From a virus (Duplodnaviria > Caudoviricetes): DNA of 64,000 nt. The stretch spans positions 12,076 to 76,075 of the IMG/VR virus record IMGVR_UViG_2974702911_000001. One strand, 5' to 3'. The position numbers and the translations under genes were made by a program. This document shows, piece by piece, positions 46,825 through 55,023 of the stretch (position 1 is its first letter; every line of letters begins with the position of its first letter). The notes below the pieces were generated by a model. The model searched no databases. It saw only the letters and a list, made by a program, of their open reading frames with translations, and had not been told where the DNA came from.

Positions 46825-46928
46825 TGGCTAACAACTTCGCATGGTGGTGCGTGGGCGTGTTCTCGGGGATCGCGCTCACGCACTACCTCGTTATGACCGG
46901 TCAGATTGAGATTGAGAGGGAGCAGTGA
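46824..46928 (+). CDS. Small membrane protein (34 aa)
   Basis: TAATG and GTGA overlaps; hydrophobic. Confidence 0.55.
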   Translation: MANNFAWWCVGVFSGIALTHYLVMTGQIEIEREQ

Positions 46929-47155
46929 GGTACACGCTGCTGGCCGGGTCGCGCGACGGCCTGGCACTGGTGATGCATGAGGACGGCGAAACTTACCGCT
47001 ACAACCTGAACGGGCAGGTCATCGCCTACCAGCTTGCGGACCACGCGGGGGCGTTCTATCCGGGCACGTCGGAAACGTGGCATTACGTCGGCAAGACGTT
47101 TGACTCCGTGCAGCAGATGCAGGTTTGGTGGCGCTACGAGCGGACGGGTGTCTAA
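46925..47155 (+). CDS. Hypothetical protein
   Basis: GTGA overlap. Confidence 0.6.
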   Translation: MRYTLLAGSRDGLALVMHEDGETYRYNLNGQVIAYQLADHAGAFYPGTSETWHYVGKTFDSVQQMQVWWRYERTGV

Positions 47156-47492
47156 GTGGCCGTGGCCGTCAGATACTAAGGACGACCGGTACAGGAGAAT
47201 CATTGACCATTACCGGTCGGCTCTGGCGGATATCGACTTGGAAGCGTGCTTGGTGGTCGATAAGAAAATGGCTGAGTATGGTCAGCCGTGGGTTTCGGAC
47301 AATTCGGTTGTAGACGTTAACGAAATGCTTAGCGCTAAGCAGTTGGCTGAGCGATTCGGGCTGTCTGAATGGAATGTCCGCGACTGGGCACGCCGTCATC
47401 CTGACAAAATCCGTAAGCACAAGGCTGCAAATGGTCGGACGCTTTTCCGGGTGGGTGACGTTCTCACGTACAGCGCAACTAAGGGGACCTAA
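47148..47492 (+). CDS. HTH DNA-binding protein
   Basis: LSAKQLAERFGLSEWNVRDWARR. Confidence 0.75.
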   Translation: MSKWPWPSDTKDDRYRRIIDHYRSALADIDLEACLVVDKKMAEYGQPWVSDNSVVDVNEMLSAKQLAERFGLSEWNVRDWARRHPDKIRKHKAANGRTLFRVGDVLTYSATKGT

Positions 47493-47493
47493 A

Positions 47494-47622
47494 GTGGAGA
47501 TAGCGGGTTTTGTTGCCCTGGCGCTCGTCGGGGCGTTTCTCGGCCTGGTGCTCTTTGGCTTGTTCAGCTACGCGGTGGTTATGACCATCGTCAGGGTCAT
47601 TGAGTGGATTGCGGGCTACTAA
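47494..47622 (+). CDS. Small membrane protein
   Basis: GTG start, long hydrophobic run. Confidence 0.5.
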   Translation: MEIAGFVALALVGAFLGLVLFGLFSYAVVMTIVRVIEWIAGY

Positions 47623-47671
47623 AGGGAACTTGTGAGCGTGCTTTAATTAAAGAGGGGAAAAGTGTATCTAA

Positions 47672-48079
47672 ATGTGGGCTGAGTCTCCGCTTGTGCCCGG
47701 CATTCAGGTTTCCGATCAAGGCATTGTCAAGGGTCCCCGCAAAGAGCTTTCACAGTGGCCGGATGAGCGGGGCTGTATGCGCGTCAAAGCGGGCGGTAGG
47801 CCGTATGCGGTACATCTGCTGGTGTTGACGGCGTTCGTCGGTCCACGGCCCGATGGGGCGTCTCCACGGTGGCTTAACGGTGACCCTACGGACAACCGGC
47901 TGGTGAATCTCACCTGGCAGCTTCCGGATGAGCCGGAAGTGCTGACGCGGATCAATCGCTGCCGGAACGGTCACGTCTACTCACGCGAGAACACGAAGGT
48001 TTGGGGATCAGGTCACCGGATTTGTTTGGACTGCGAACGCGGCCATCCCCCGGTGACACAGCTTCCGGAAGTTCTATAG
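47672..48079 (+). CDS. HNH endonuclease (HNH_3-like)
   Basis: VHLLV..AFVGPRP...NGDPTDNRLVNL; CRNGH...CLDC. Confidence 0.8.
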   Translation: MWAESPLVPGIQVSDQGIVKGPRKELSQWPDERGCMRVKAGGRPYAVHLLVLTAFVGPRPDGASPRWLNGDPTDNRLVNLTWQLPDEPEVLTRINRCRNGHVYSRENTKVWGSGHRICLDCERGHPPVTQLPEVL

Positions 48080-48165
48080 CGCGCACGCCCAGGCGAGGGC
48101 GGTTCTGGCTGCGCTAGCGGACGGTCATATAGCGGGCCGTCCGTTCTTTCGCGTTAGGAGGTCAG

Positions 48166-48435
48166 ATGCCAAAGCTAAGGCCGTCCGATATCGCGTGGCT
48201 AAGCATGGTTGCGGGCATTCTCGCTTACGAGTGGCGCGCGCCTGCGGGGGAGCTACTTAGCGAGGGTTGGGATCGGTACTTGCAGAGTCATCCTGTCGCG
48301 GCTCGGGTGTTCCCGTTGCTGCTGATTCTGCATGTCATTAACGCGCTGCCGCAGAGGGTTGACCCATTTCATTGGGCTTTCTGCGCTATGCAGGCAGCGG
48401 GGAGAAAAGCAATTGACCACGAAGGATGCAATTAA
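48166..48435 (+). CDS. Membrane-associated hypothetical protein
   Basis: RBS aggagg; GELLSEGWDRY motif. Confidence 0.65.
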   Translation: MPKLRPSDIAWLSMVAGILAYEWRAPAGELLSEGWDRYLQSHPVAARVFPLLLILHVINALPQRVDPFHWAFCAMQAAGRKAIDHEGCN

Positions 48436-48754
48436 CCCGTCGCACTACAAAGACGGTTGGTCGAATGGCGCTGAGGTCATCGACATTACCGAGAATTTGA
48501 ACTTTAACCGTGGCAATGCGGTCAAGTACATTGCCCGCGCTGGGGCTAAGGACCCGGATAAGACCGTTGAGGACCTTGAAAAGGCTCAGTGGTACTTGCA
48601 GCGCGAGCTTAAGCGCCTTAAGCGCGAGGCCGATAAGCCTAAGGGTCAGGTCGTCGATACGACGATTCTGATTAACGGCGGGCCGGTCGCGGGGCAGCTT
48701 ATGAACGAGGACTACTACAGGTCGCTCGCAAAAATGCCGAGGGGGTTTGCGTGA
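48413..48754 (+). CDS. DUF3310 family protein
   Basis: INPSHY...GNAVKY..RAG.K...EDLEKAQWYL. Confidence 0.85.
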   Translation: MTTKDAINPSHYKDGWSNGAEVIDITENLNFNRGNAVKYIARAGAKDPDKTVEDLEKAQWYLQRELKRLKREADKPKGQVVDTTILINGGPVAGQLMNEDYYRSLAKMPRGFA

Positions 48755-49533
48755 GCGCTAAGGTTCTGGTCCTAGACATTGAGACGCAGCGAGCGATCGT
48801 TGAGACGTTTTCCCTGTTCAGGCCGTTTATCGGCATTGACCGGGTGATTAAGCCGACGCGCGTCCTTTGCTTCGCCGCTAAGTGGCGCGACCAGGACAAG
48901 GTGATCTTCAAGTCCGCGTGGGACGACGACGACGAGGACGCCTACCTCCGCATGATGCAGGCCGCCTGGGACCTGCTTAACGAGGCAGACATTGTGGTCA
49001 CTTGGAATGGTGACCGGTTCGACGTGCAGTGGTTTGAGGCTGAGTTCCTGCGCCTGGGCCTGGGCCGTCCGCTCCCGTACAAGAGCGTTGACCTGATCAA
49101 GACGGTTAAGCGCTGGTTCAAGGGCGGGCTTATGTCCATGAAGCTGGACTGGTCATCGCGCATCGTCCTTAGGGACCGCAAGGTGCATCACGGCGGCGCT
49201 GATCTGTGGCATGACATTCGTTGGGGGACCCGCGCTGAGAAGCGGGCCGCGCAGAAGCTAATGCGTGAGTACAACGAGCATGACGTGGTTCTTACGGGTC
49301 GCCTGTTTGAGCATCACTTGCCGTACCTGACGAATTTGAACCTGGCTCTGTATGAGCAGAACGAGGACGGCGAATTGCACTGCACTAAGTGCAACAGCAC
49401 GAACCTAAAGAAAGACGGAGTGAAGGCTTACGTCACTAGCGCGGGTGTCTATCAGATGTTCCGCTGCAAGGACTGTGACGCCACGTCTAAGGGCAAGAAG
49501 ATTCGCTCCACTACGGAATTGAGGCCGGTGTGA
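48751..49533 (+). CDS. RNase H-like/DnaQ-like 3'-5' exonuclease
   Basis: LDIET, WNGDRFD, YNEHDV, C-terminal zinc ribbon. Confidence 0.85.
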   Translation: MSAKVLVLDIETQRAIVETFSLFRPFIGIDRVIKPTRVLCFAAKWRDQDKVIFKSAWDDDDEDAYLRMMQAAWDLLNEADIVVTWNGDRFDVQWFEAEFLRLGLGRPLPYKSVDLIKTVKRWFKGGLMSMKLDWSSRIVLRDRKVHHGGADLWHDIRWGTRAEKRAAQKLMREYNEHDVVLTGRLFEHHLPYLTNLNLALYEQNEDGELHCTKCNSTNLKKDGVKAYVTSAGVYQMFRCKDCDATSKGKKIRSTTELRPV

Positions 49534-49730
49534 CCGTAGTTACCGACCCTGCCGATTTCAATTGGCCGGATGGTGACCATGCGGGTTGCAGGGTTATGTC
49601 GCTGACGCCTGGCGGGCCGTGGGAGTGCGTGGGAATGCACTGCGCTTACTGCGGTAAGCCATGCGGCGCTCAGGGGCATATGAAGTGCTTTGAGGAGAAT
49701 AGACATGAAGCCGGTAGCGCAGCCGAATAA
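49530..49730 (+). CDS. Small Cys-rich protein
   Basis: HCAYCGKPC. Confidence 0.6.
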   Translation: MTVVTDPADFNWPDGDHAGCRVMSLTPGGPWECVGMHCAYCGKPCGAQGHMKCFEENRHEAGSAAE

Positions 49731-49839
49731 GCATCACCAAGTGATGCTGGCGAGCTTGCTTACCAACAAGCGGGGGACGCTTGCGAACAACGTCTCCGCT
49801 TTCAACATGGACTTGGCGGCTAAGCGGTGGATTAAGTGA
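49705..49839 (+). CDS. Hypothetical protein (44 aa)
   Basis: RBS gaggag; GTGA overlap. Confidence 0.5.
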   Translation: MKPVAQPNKHHQVMLASLLTNKRGTLANNVSAFNMDLAAKRWIK

Positions 49840-50012
49840 GTAAGGCCGCTGCGAGTCGTCGCCAGGAGTTACGGCGGTCGAACGCAGCGGTCCCTCACCG
49901 CAACCGTTATCGGGAGCACAAGAGCGGAAAGGGTCAGCATGGGCAGGCCGTAGCAGAGGGGGTCGCTGATGCCTGGGAATCTTCGCAAGAAGAGTGGGGC
50001 TGGCAAGACTGA
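49836..50012 (+). CDS. Small basic hypothetical protein (58 aa)
   Basis: ELRRSNAAVPHRN motif common in actinophages. Confidence 0.55.
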   Translation: MSKAAASRRQELRRSNAAVPHRNRYREHKSGKGQHGQAVAEGVADAWESSQEEWGWQD

Positions 50013-50388
50013 GCGTGATTACCTCCGGGCGCGTAGGCGCGTCCTAAGGCAGTCGCAAATCTGTGCCTATCCTCCCTGCCGTAAGGCAATCGACCTGAAA
50101 CTCAAGCCGATCTGTCAGTTCGTGGACACGTCATTGTTCACGGTTGAGACGGCACACCTAATCCCGCTGACTTGTGGGGATGGCTGTCGGGAAGCTAAGC
50201 ACGCACGCAAGGCTAACCCGTATGGCGCGTCCGCTAACCACAAAATCCCGGTGTCGCAGTTGCCTCCGGATTCCGACATGCTCGCTTCTGCTAAGAACCT
50301 TGAACCTATGCACCTTAAGTGCAATCAGGAACTTGGGGACGGCGACATTAAGCCTAGAAATAAGACTTCTAGAGATTGGTTCGCATAA
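49969..50388 (+). CDS. HNH endonuclease
   Basis: CAYPPC...NHKIP...NLEPMHLKCN. Confidence 0.8.
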   Translation: MPGNLRKKSGAGKTERDYLRARRRVLRQSQICAYPPCRKAIDLKLKPICQFVDTSLFTVETAHLIPLTCGDGCREAKHARKANPYGASANHKIPVSQLPPDSDMLASAKNLEPMHLKCNQELGDGDIKPRNKTSRDWFA

Positions 50389-50618
50389 TGGGTGATGAAT
50401 TCGATCCTGATACGGCTGGGGACGACGGCAATTTGTTGGTCGCTGAGCTTAGGATCATTCAATACATCGACGCTGACGGTAACCTAAACACCGTCGATTT
50501 CTCGCAAGGCGCTGGCGGCGTCGAGCTTGAGGAAAATGATTACGCGAAGCTGCTGGACTGGGCGCGGGCGTTTGTGCTTGCTCCTAAGGTGGCGGCGATT
50601 CTCGCCGGTAATGACTGA
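50388..50618 (+). CDS. Hypothetical acidic protein
   Basis: TAATG overlap. Confidence 0.6.
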   Translation: MGDEFDPDTAGDDGNLLVAELRIIQYIDADGNLNTVDFSQGAGGVELEENDYAKLLDWARAFVLAPKVAAILAGND

Positions 50619-50730
50619 GGTTTATAAGTCGGACGTTGAGTGCCGGTGCCTTAGCTGTGACGACATGATCCGGCTAGGTGATGAAGTGCAGGAACTATCG
50701 GGAGAGCTATTCCATGCCGAGTGCATTTAA
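50611..50730 (+). CDS. Small zinc-binding protein
   Basis: CLSC...HAEC. Confidence 0.5.
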   Translation: MTEVYKSDVECRCLSCDDMIRLGDEVQELSGELFHAECI

Positions 50731-50959
50731 GCCTTACGACCGTTGGGGACCGTTGCCGACTGTTAATCAGGTAGAGGCGATCTATCAGGCGGTGGGCTAC
50801 TCGTACGAGGCCGGTGACTTCCCGGATGACATGGACCCGTACACGGAGGCTTTCGTGGTGGGGGACGGCGGGCTGCTTAACGCGCTGTCGGCTCTTAAGC
50901 GGGCGCTGTGCCTGTTGGACGTTCAAGCTGCGGAGCGGCGGCGTGGGCAAGCCGGGTGA
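50714..50959 (+). CDS. Hypothetical protein
   Basis: ORF in operon. Confidence 0.55.
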   Translation: MPSAFKPYDRWGPLPTVNQVEAIYQAVGYSYEAGDFPDDMDPYTEAFVVGDGGLLNALSALKRALCLLDVQAAERRRGQAG

Positions 50960-51125
50960 CGTAAGCCCGGAGGTCGCGGCGGCGACGACCTTTAGCGTGC
51001 TCGGGTCGGCTGTTGAGTACGCGCGCAAGAACATGCCTGAGTTCGTCGCGGAGCTTGAGTCGCGGCACCTTAAGGCTGCTAAGCGGCTGGTAGAGATTGA
51101 CCAGGCCACCTTAGCTCAGGGGTAG
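50943..51125 (+). CDS. Hypothetical protein (stop codon lies inside tRNA-Thr)
   Basis: GTG start in the frame of track ORF 50814. Confidence 0.5.
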   Translation: MGKPGDVSPEVAAATTFSVLGSAVEYARKNMPEFVAELESRHLKAAKRLVEIDQATLAQG

Positions 51126-51176
51126 AGCAGCGCCTTCGTAACGCGCAGGTCAACGGTTCGATTCCGTTAGGTGGCT
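51105..51176 (+). tRNA. tRNA-Thr(CGT)
   Basis: gccacct/aggtggc acceptor; loop ttCGTaa; T arm aacgg-ttcgatt-ccgtt. Confidence 0.85.
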
Positions 51177-51201
51177 CTGTAAACAAACATTGGAGGTAAA
51201 G

Positions 51202-51402
51202 ATGGACCCGGTACTAGTTGAGAAGGAACGGCGCGGCGCTGTGCAGGAGCTTCGGGACCGTAACGCTTGGCCTAAGGTGGTCGAGCCGGAGGTTGAACCA
51301 GAGGCAGAGGTTGAGAAGCCTAAGCGTGGTCGCCCGCCGAAGCAGGACGCACCGGAGCCTGAGCCTGAGTCTGAGGGCATTGAGGTCGCGGTCAGCGAAT
51401 AA
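51202..51402 (+). CDS. Hypothetical acidic protein
   Basis: RBS tggagg. Confidence 0.65.
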   Translation: MDPVLVEKERRGAVQELRDRNAWPKVVEPEVEPEAEVEKPKRGRPPKQDAPEPEPESEGIEVAVSE

Positions 51403-51523
51403 GCATTACCACCCATCGTCCGATACGGGCTGCTAGCCGCGCACGTTGGGTCTTTTACTGGGAGCCGTAGTCCCCCGTTGAAATTGCTAGCAGAAGCCCA
51501 TACGCGTTAGGGCAACTACGCAT

Positions 51524-51597
51524 CTGGTTGTAGCGCAGCTTGGTAGCGCGCCTGATTTGGATTCAGGGGGTCGGAGGTTCAAATCCTTCCAGCCAGA
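51524..51597 (+). tRNA. tRNA-Pro(TGG)
   Basis: ctggttg/cagccag acceptor; cctga-ttTGGat-tcagg. Confidence 0.88.
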
Positions 51598-51598
51598 C

Positions 51599-51772
51599 AT
51601 GATTGAGCTTGATAAAGAGTCCACTTACCGTGACCGTTTAGGCCGTAAGTGGGAGTGGTCAGACCTTAACGGCTGGGTGATTAATCGCATGGCTACGTTT
51701 GGGGGGTTCTGGCCGGATGATGAGTACGCACCGTTCACGGTTATTGATCCGTGTCCGACGTGTGGGAGGTAA
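51599..51772 (+). CDS. Hypothetical protein
   Basis: YRDRLGRKW motif; starts right after tRNA-Pro. Confidence 0.55.
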   Translation: MIELDKESTYRDRLGRKWEWSDLNGWVINRMATFGGFWPDDEYAPFTVIDPCPTCGR

Positions 51773-51938
51773 GGGCGCACGCTAGCCTCACGGTTAGTGG
51801 CCCTTCGGTTATGTCCCTACCGACTGAAAGGGATCGTTGCAGAACTTTCGTATAACTGTCGTCCTGCCGGGGGTTGCGTAACACTGACCTATACCCGGTC
51901 GCTGTATGGCTCCACGGTGTTAAGCAAACGGGCCTCTT

Positions 51939-52012
51939 GCGCTAGCTACCCCTGTTGGCGGGGTGCCTGCCTTCCAAGCAGGATCACGCGGGTTCGATTC
52001 CTGTCTAGTGCT
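51939..52012 (+). tRNA. tRNA-Gly(TCC)
   Basis: gcgctag/ctagtgc acceptor, U73; cctgc-ctTCCaa-gcagg. Confidence 0.8.
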
Positions 52013-52068
52013 CTTAGTCTCCCCCGTCTAAGCCTCTCAGTGTGAAGCTCAAATAGGCGGGGCGTTAA

Positions 52069-52141
52069 AGCTCGGTAGCTCAACTGGTAGAGCAGTGGTC
52101 TCCAAAGCCACCGGTTGCAGGTTCGACTCCTGTCCGGGTTG
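52069..52141 (+). tRNA. tRNA-Trp(CCA)
   Basis: gtggt-ctCCAaa-gccac; canonical D and T arms. Confidence 0.9.
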
Positions 52142-52142
52142 C

Positions 52143-52216
52143 GGTTCCGTAGGCAAACTGGCAAAGCCGTCTGACTTAGAATCAGGTGTTTGGGAGTTCG
52201 ACTCTCCCCGGAACTA
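52143..52216 (+). tRNA. tRNA-Leu(TAG), short variable loop
   Basis: ggttccg/cggaact acceptor; tctga-ctTAGaa-tcagg. Confidence 0.82.
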
Positions 52217-52217
52217 C

Positions 52218-52291
52218 GCTAAGTAGCTTAATGGTAAAGCCCCCGGTTGTGGTCCGGGCGATCACGGTTCAACTCCGTGCTTAAGCCACCA
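52218..52291 (+). tRNA. tRNA-His(GTG), irregular acceptor stem
   Basis: cccgg-ttGTGgt-ccggg; acceptor gctaag/cttaagc needs a bulge. Confidence 0.75.
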
Positions 52292-52311
52292 ACTTAGAGG
52301 GGGAATGTTAA

Positions 52312-52578
52312 ATGACTTTCATGATTCTGGTTGTCGCTGCTGATGGGATGCTGCAACGGACGACCGTGTTGGACGGCTCCCCTACGCAGGAGCAGATTGA
52401 TGATGTGGTGTTGGCGCTGCTGGACGAGTTCAACGGCGAGGCCGGTGCCCTTCTGATTAAGGCTTCCAGCGAGGAACAGATCACGGTCGGTGAGCAGACG
52501 GTCACGGTTACGACGGACCGTTGGGTTCCGGACGTTACGGACGTTTACGGATCGCTTAGCGCCCTTCTTGCCCGCTAG
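52312..52578 (+). CDS. Hypothetical protein
   Basis: RBS gagggg; stop overlaps tRNA-Gln. Confidence 0.6.
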   Translation: MTFMILVVAADGMLQRTTVLDGSPTQEQIDDVVLALLDEFNGEAGALLIKASSEEQITVGEQTVTVTTDRWVPDVTDVYGSLSALLAR

Positions 52579-52643
52579 CACAATTTGGCAGTTGCGCCCG
52601 GCTCTGAACCGGGAGGTTCCAGGTTCGACTCCTGGGTGGGCAG
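52569..52643 (+). tRNA. tRNA-Gln(CTG)
   Basis: tgcccgc/gtgggca acceptor; cccgg-ctCTGaa-ccggg. Confidence 0.88.
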
Positions 52644-52655
52644 CGCGTTAGTCGC

Positions 52656-52728
52656 GCGTCGTTAGCTCAGTTGGTAGAGCAGCCGACTCTTAATCGGCGG
52701 GTCGGGGGTTCAAGTCCCTCACGGCGCA
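52656..52728 (+). tRNA. tRNA-Lys(CTT)
   Basis: gcgtcgt/acggcgc acceptor; gccga-ctCTTaa-tcggc. Confidence 0.92.
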
Positions 52729-52767
52729 CATTACGTACTCACGTTGACTTACTTGGGGGTGGTCTGT

Positions 52768-53469
52768 GTGTCGGAGGTTCTTAGCCTTTACGGCACACGG
52801 AGTTCTAAGTTCTGGTCTGAGGCTCCGGCGAAGATGGACGTGCTTAATCTGCGCGCGATCTTCCCGTCGAGTTCCCGCGAGGGCATCCCTGATCTAGAGC
52901 GTTGCGATTGGGTCCCGGACGTGTTGGGCGCTTGGCATATGCCGCGCCAGCGTGAGGCTGCGGCTCGGGAGAACGGCGCGGTCCACTTCTTTCTGGACGA
53001 CTACAGGTTTGAGACGGCGTTTAGCAGCCCTGAGAGGACCGTGGGGCGAGTTTTGGACGTGGGTGGTGCCCTAGAGCCGAACTTCTCCATTTACTACGAC
53101 ATGCCGCGTGTGGCCCAGGTGTGGAACACGTACCGGACGCGCTGGTGTGGTGCCTACTGGCAGAGCCAGGGCGTGAAGGTCATTCCTACCGTCTGCTGGG
53201 CACGCTCAGAGACTTTTGAGTTCGTCTTTGACGGGATACCGCAGGGCGGCGTTGTGGCGCTCTCAGCGCTCGGTATGGGGCAGAAGCCGGAGGACGTGAC
53301 GATCTTCGTTGACGGCCTGCGCGAGCTTGTTGACCGGGTGCAGCCGTCCACGATTCTTTCGTACGGGAAGCTCCGGCATGTCCCGGACTCTCTGAGTCTG
53401 CCGACTGTCCGTGAGTATCCGACGTTCTGGGATATGCGCCGGAAGATGCTTAAGGCCGCTAATGGGTAG
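52768..53469 (+). CDS. DUF4417 domain protein
   Basis: HFFLDDYRFE, PNFSIYYDMP, WNTYRTRW..AYWQ..G..VIPTV.W motifs; start uncertain. Confidence 0.82.
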   Translation: MSEVLSLYGTRSSKFWSEAPAKMDVLNLRAIFPSSSREGIPDLERCDWVPDVLGAWHMPRQREAAARENGAVHFFLDDYRFETAFSSPERTVGRVLDVGGALEPNFSIYYDMPRVAQVWNTYRTRWCGAYWQSQGVKVIPTVCWARSETFEFVFDGIPQGGVVALSALGMGQKPEDVTIFVDGLRELVDRVQPSTILSYGKLRHVPDSLSLPTVREYPTFWDMRRKMLKAANG

Positions 53470-53848
53470 GGGGAGGTCGCCAGCCGGTACGGGTTACCGC
53501 TCGCGGCGTGATCCTGACTATGTGACGCTTTACCATCGCGCGCGCAGCGCTGAGGCGGCTGAGGCTATCGCTAAAGAGGGCTTTAAGGCTGGCTCGCGTG
53601 GTGACTGGGTGTTCCTTAGCACTAAGCTGGACTCGCATCACTCACCGTTTGGTGATCATGTGGTTGAGGTCCGCGTTAAGAAGTCGGACGTGTTCGCGGA
53701 TAACGAGGACCAGGGCTACGCGGTGCGCGTTAAGCGCCAAGACCTAAAGGTTGAAAAGAATTACTTCCACGTCGGGAAGGTGCCGGATAAGTTTCCGAAG
53801 CGTCGGCCCAGGTGGGTTAAGAACGATAAGCAGATGCGGCCCAAGTAG
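53462..53848 (+). CDS. Putative ADP-ribosyltransferase-fold protein with MGRGR N terminus
   Basis: TLYHR....AEAI.KEGF...VFLST...FGDHVVEV resembles ART-fold motifs. Confidence 0.55.
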   Translation: MGRGRSPAGTGYRSRRDPDYVTLYHRARSAEAAEAIAKEGFKAGSRGDWVFLSTKLDSHHSPFGDHVVEVRVKKSDVFADNEDQGYAVRVKRQDLKVEKNYFHVGKVPDKFPKRRPRWVKNDKQMRPK

Positions 53849-53857
53849 GCCGCTCGT

Positions 53858-53929
53858 TCCCCTGTCATTTAACCGGCAGGATGCCTCGCTGTTAACGAGG
53901 TCGTGCAGGTTCGATCCCTGCTGGGGGAG
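53858..53929 (+). tRNA. tRNA-Asn(GTT)
   Basis: tcccctg/tggggga acceptor; cctcg-ctGTTaa-cgagg. Confidence 0.82.
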
Positions 53930-53935
53930 CTTAAG

Positions 53936-54008
53936 TACCGCGCCGGGGGATCGAACCCCGGACCCGCTGATTAAAAGTCAGCTGCTCTACCAACTGAGCT
54001 AGCGCGGC
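53936..54008 (-). tRNA. tRNA-Lys(TTT)
   Basis: Minus strand: gccgcgc/gcgcggt acceptor; gctga-ctTTTaa-tcagc; canonical D and T arms. Confidence 0.92.
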
Positions 54009-54020
54009 GGTGCGAGTGTA

Positions 54021-54266
54021 TCAGACGTAATCGTCGCCGCTCTGAAAGAACTTTCTGGCGTCGTCCAGGTCGGGCGCATGTAGCAGAACGATCACGTCGC
54101 ACTTGGAGTCCACGTCGAATGTCCAAACGACCTGTTCGACCTCTAAGCCAACTCCGTGCTTGTAGATATGGTCGCCTACGCGGGGCGGGTAGTCCATTAC
54201 CCGTTCGCCGGTAAGGTCGTCGGAATCGGTGTGTCCTTCGATACCGAAACGTACTCGGATTTTCAC
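54021..54266 (-). CDS. Hypothetical protein
   Basis: ORF in leftward operon. Confidence 0.65.
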   Translation of the reverse strand: MKIRVRFGIEGHTDSDDLTGERVMDYPPRVGDHIYKHGVGLEVEQVVWTFDVDSKCDVIVLLHAPDLDDARKFFQSGDDYV

Positions 54267-54268
54267 GC

Positions 54269-54988
54269 TTAGACCTCTTCCACTTTCCAGTTGCTAACGT
54301 GCTCCGGCAGGATCACGATTTCCATTTCGTCGCGGTTAGTGAAATGCGCGATAACTTGATCACGGTTAACGGTTCCGCTAACGATGCGCGGGCATGTGTC
54401 GTCGCCCTCGTTGTGGAAGCGCCTAGCGAACCAGCGTGCGCGGGCCTTGAACAGGGTCCACGACAGTCCGTCCTCGCCGCCCTCTTCCCGGTACCCACGG
54501 TAGACCGGGATATCCGTCTCGGGAAGCATGGCTAGTAGCTCTTGTTCCTCGTCGGACATGATGTGGTGACGGTCGGAGCGCTCGCAGGTCAGCAAGTCCT
54601 CCCACTCCCAGCGGTTCTCATAGATGTTCTCGCTGTCGGTCCAGATTTGACCCAGGAGCGACCAGTATTCCTCGTCGGTCATGTTGTGGGCGATGGATGC
54701 GAACGCGTCCAGCCGGTAGGGGCGTTCATGGAGGAATACGGCGGTGTTCCACTTACGGGCCTTAATGGCGTCCGCTAAGGCGCGGCGCTTGTACTCGTAG
54801 TGAGCGTTAAGCCGGGCGTGTTCCTTTTCGTGCATGAACATGGCGAACACCAGCGGGTGCTTGAGCATGGGTCCGAATAGGCCGGTGTCCACCATGTGTC
54901 GTTGCAGGTCGGGGTGCAGCGGTTCGACGGGAGCGTTCAGAAGCTCCATAATGCTTTCGATCTGCTGCTCTTTGGTTTCGTTGCTCAT
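54269..54988 (-). CDS. Hypothetical protein
   Basis: Leaderless start 6 nt after TACGGT -10; VYRG...GLSWT motif. Confidence 0.75.
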   Translation of the reverse strand: MSNETKEQQIESIMELLNAPVEPLHPDLQRHMVDTGLFGPMLKHPLVFAMFMHEKEHARLNAHYEYKRRALADAIKARKWNTAVFLHERPYRLDAFASIAHNMTDEEYWSLLGQIWTDSENIYENRWEWEDLLTCERSDRHHIMSDEEQELLAMLPETDIPVYRGYREEGGEDGLSWTLFKARARWFARRFHNEGDDTCPRIVSGTVNRDQVIAHFTNRDEMEIVILPEHVSNWKVEEV

Positions 54989-54994
54989 ATCTGT

Positions 54995-55023
54995 ACCGTA
55001 CATGCGGTGTACGTGAGTGTCAA
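54995..55023 (-). promoter_or_regulatory. Leftward promoter
   Basis: TTGACA-17-TACGGT. Confidence 0.75.

Noticed and set aside
51490-51520. Pistol ribozyme (aagccc...gcgttagggc)
   Set aside because: Order and pseudoknot pairing of pistol elements are not satisfied
51772-51937. Complete standard tmRNA
   Set aside because: No 5' GGGG acceptor strand or 3' T arm with CCA of its own; kept only as a speculative finding
52013-52068. Additional tRNA or theta ribozyme between tRNA-Gly and tRNA-Trp
   Set aside because: Only one hairpin (ccccgtcta/taggcgggg); no T arm and no HDV-like nested pseudoknot
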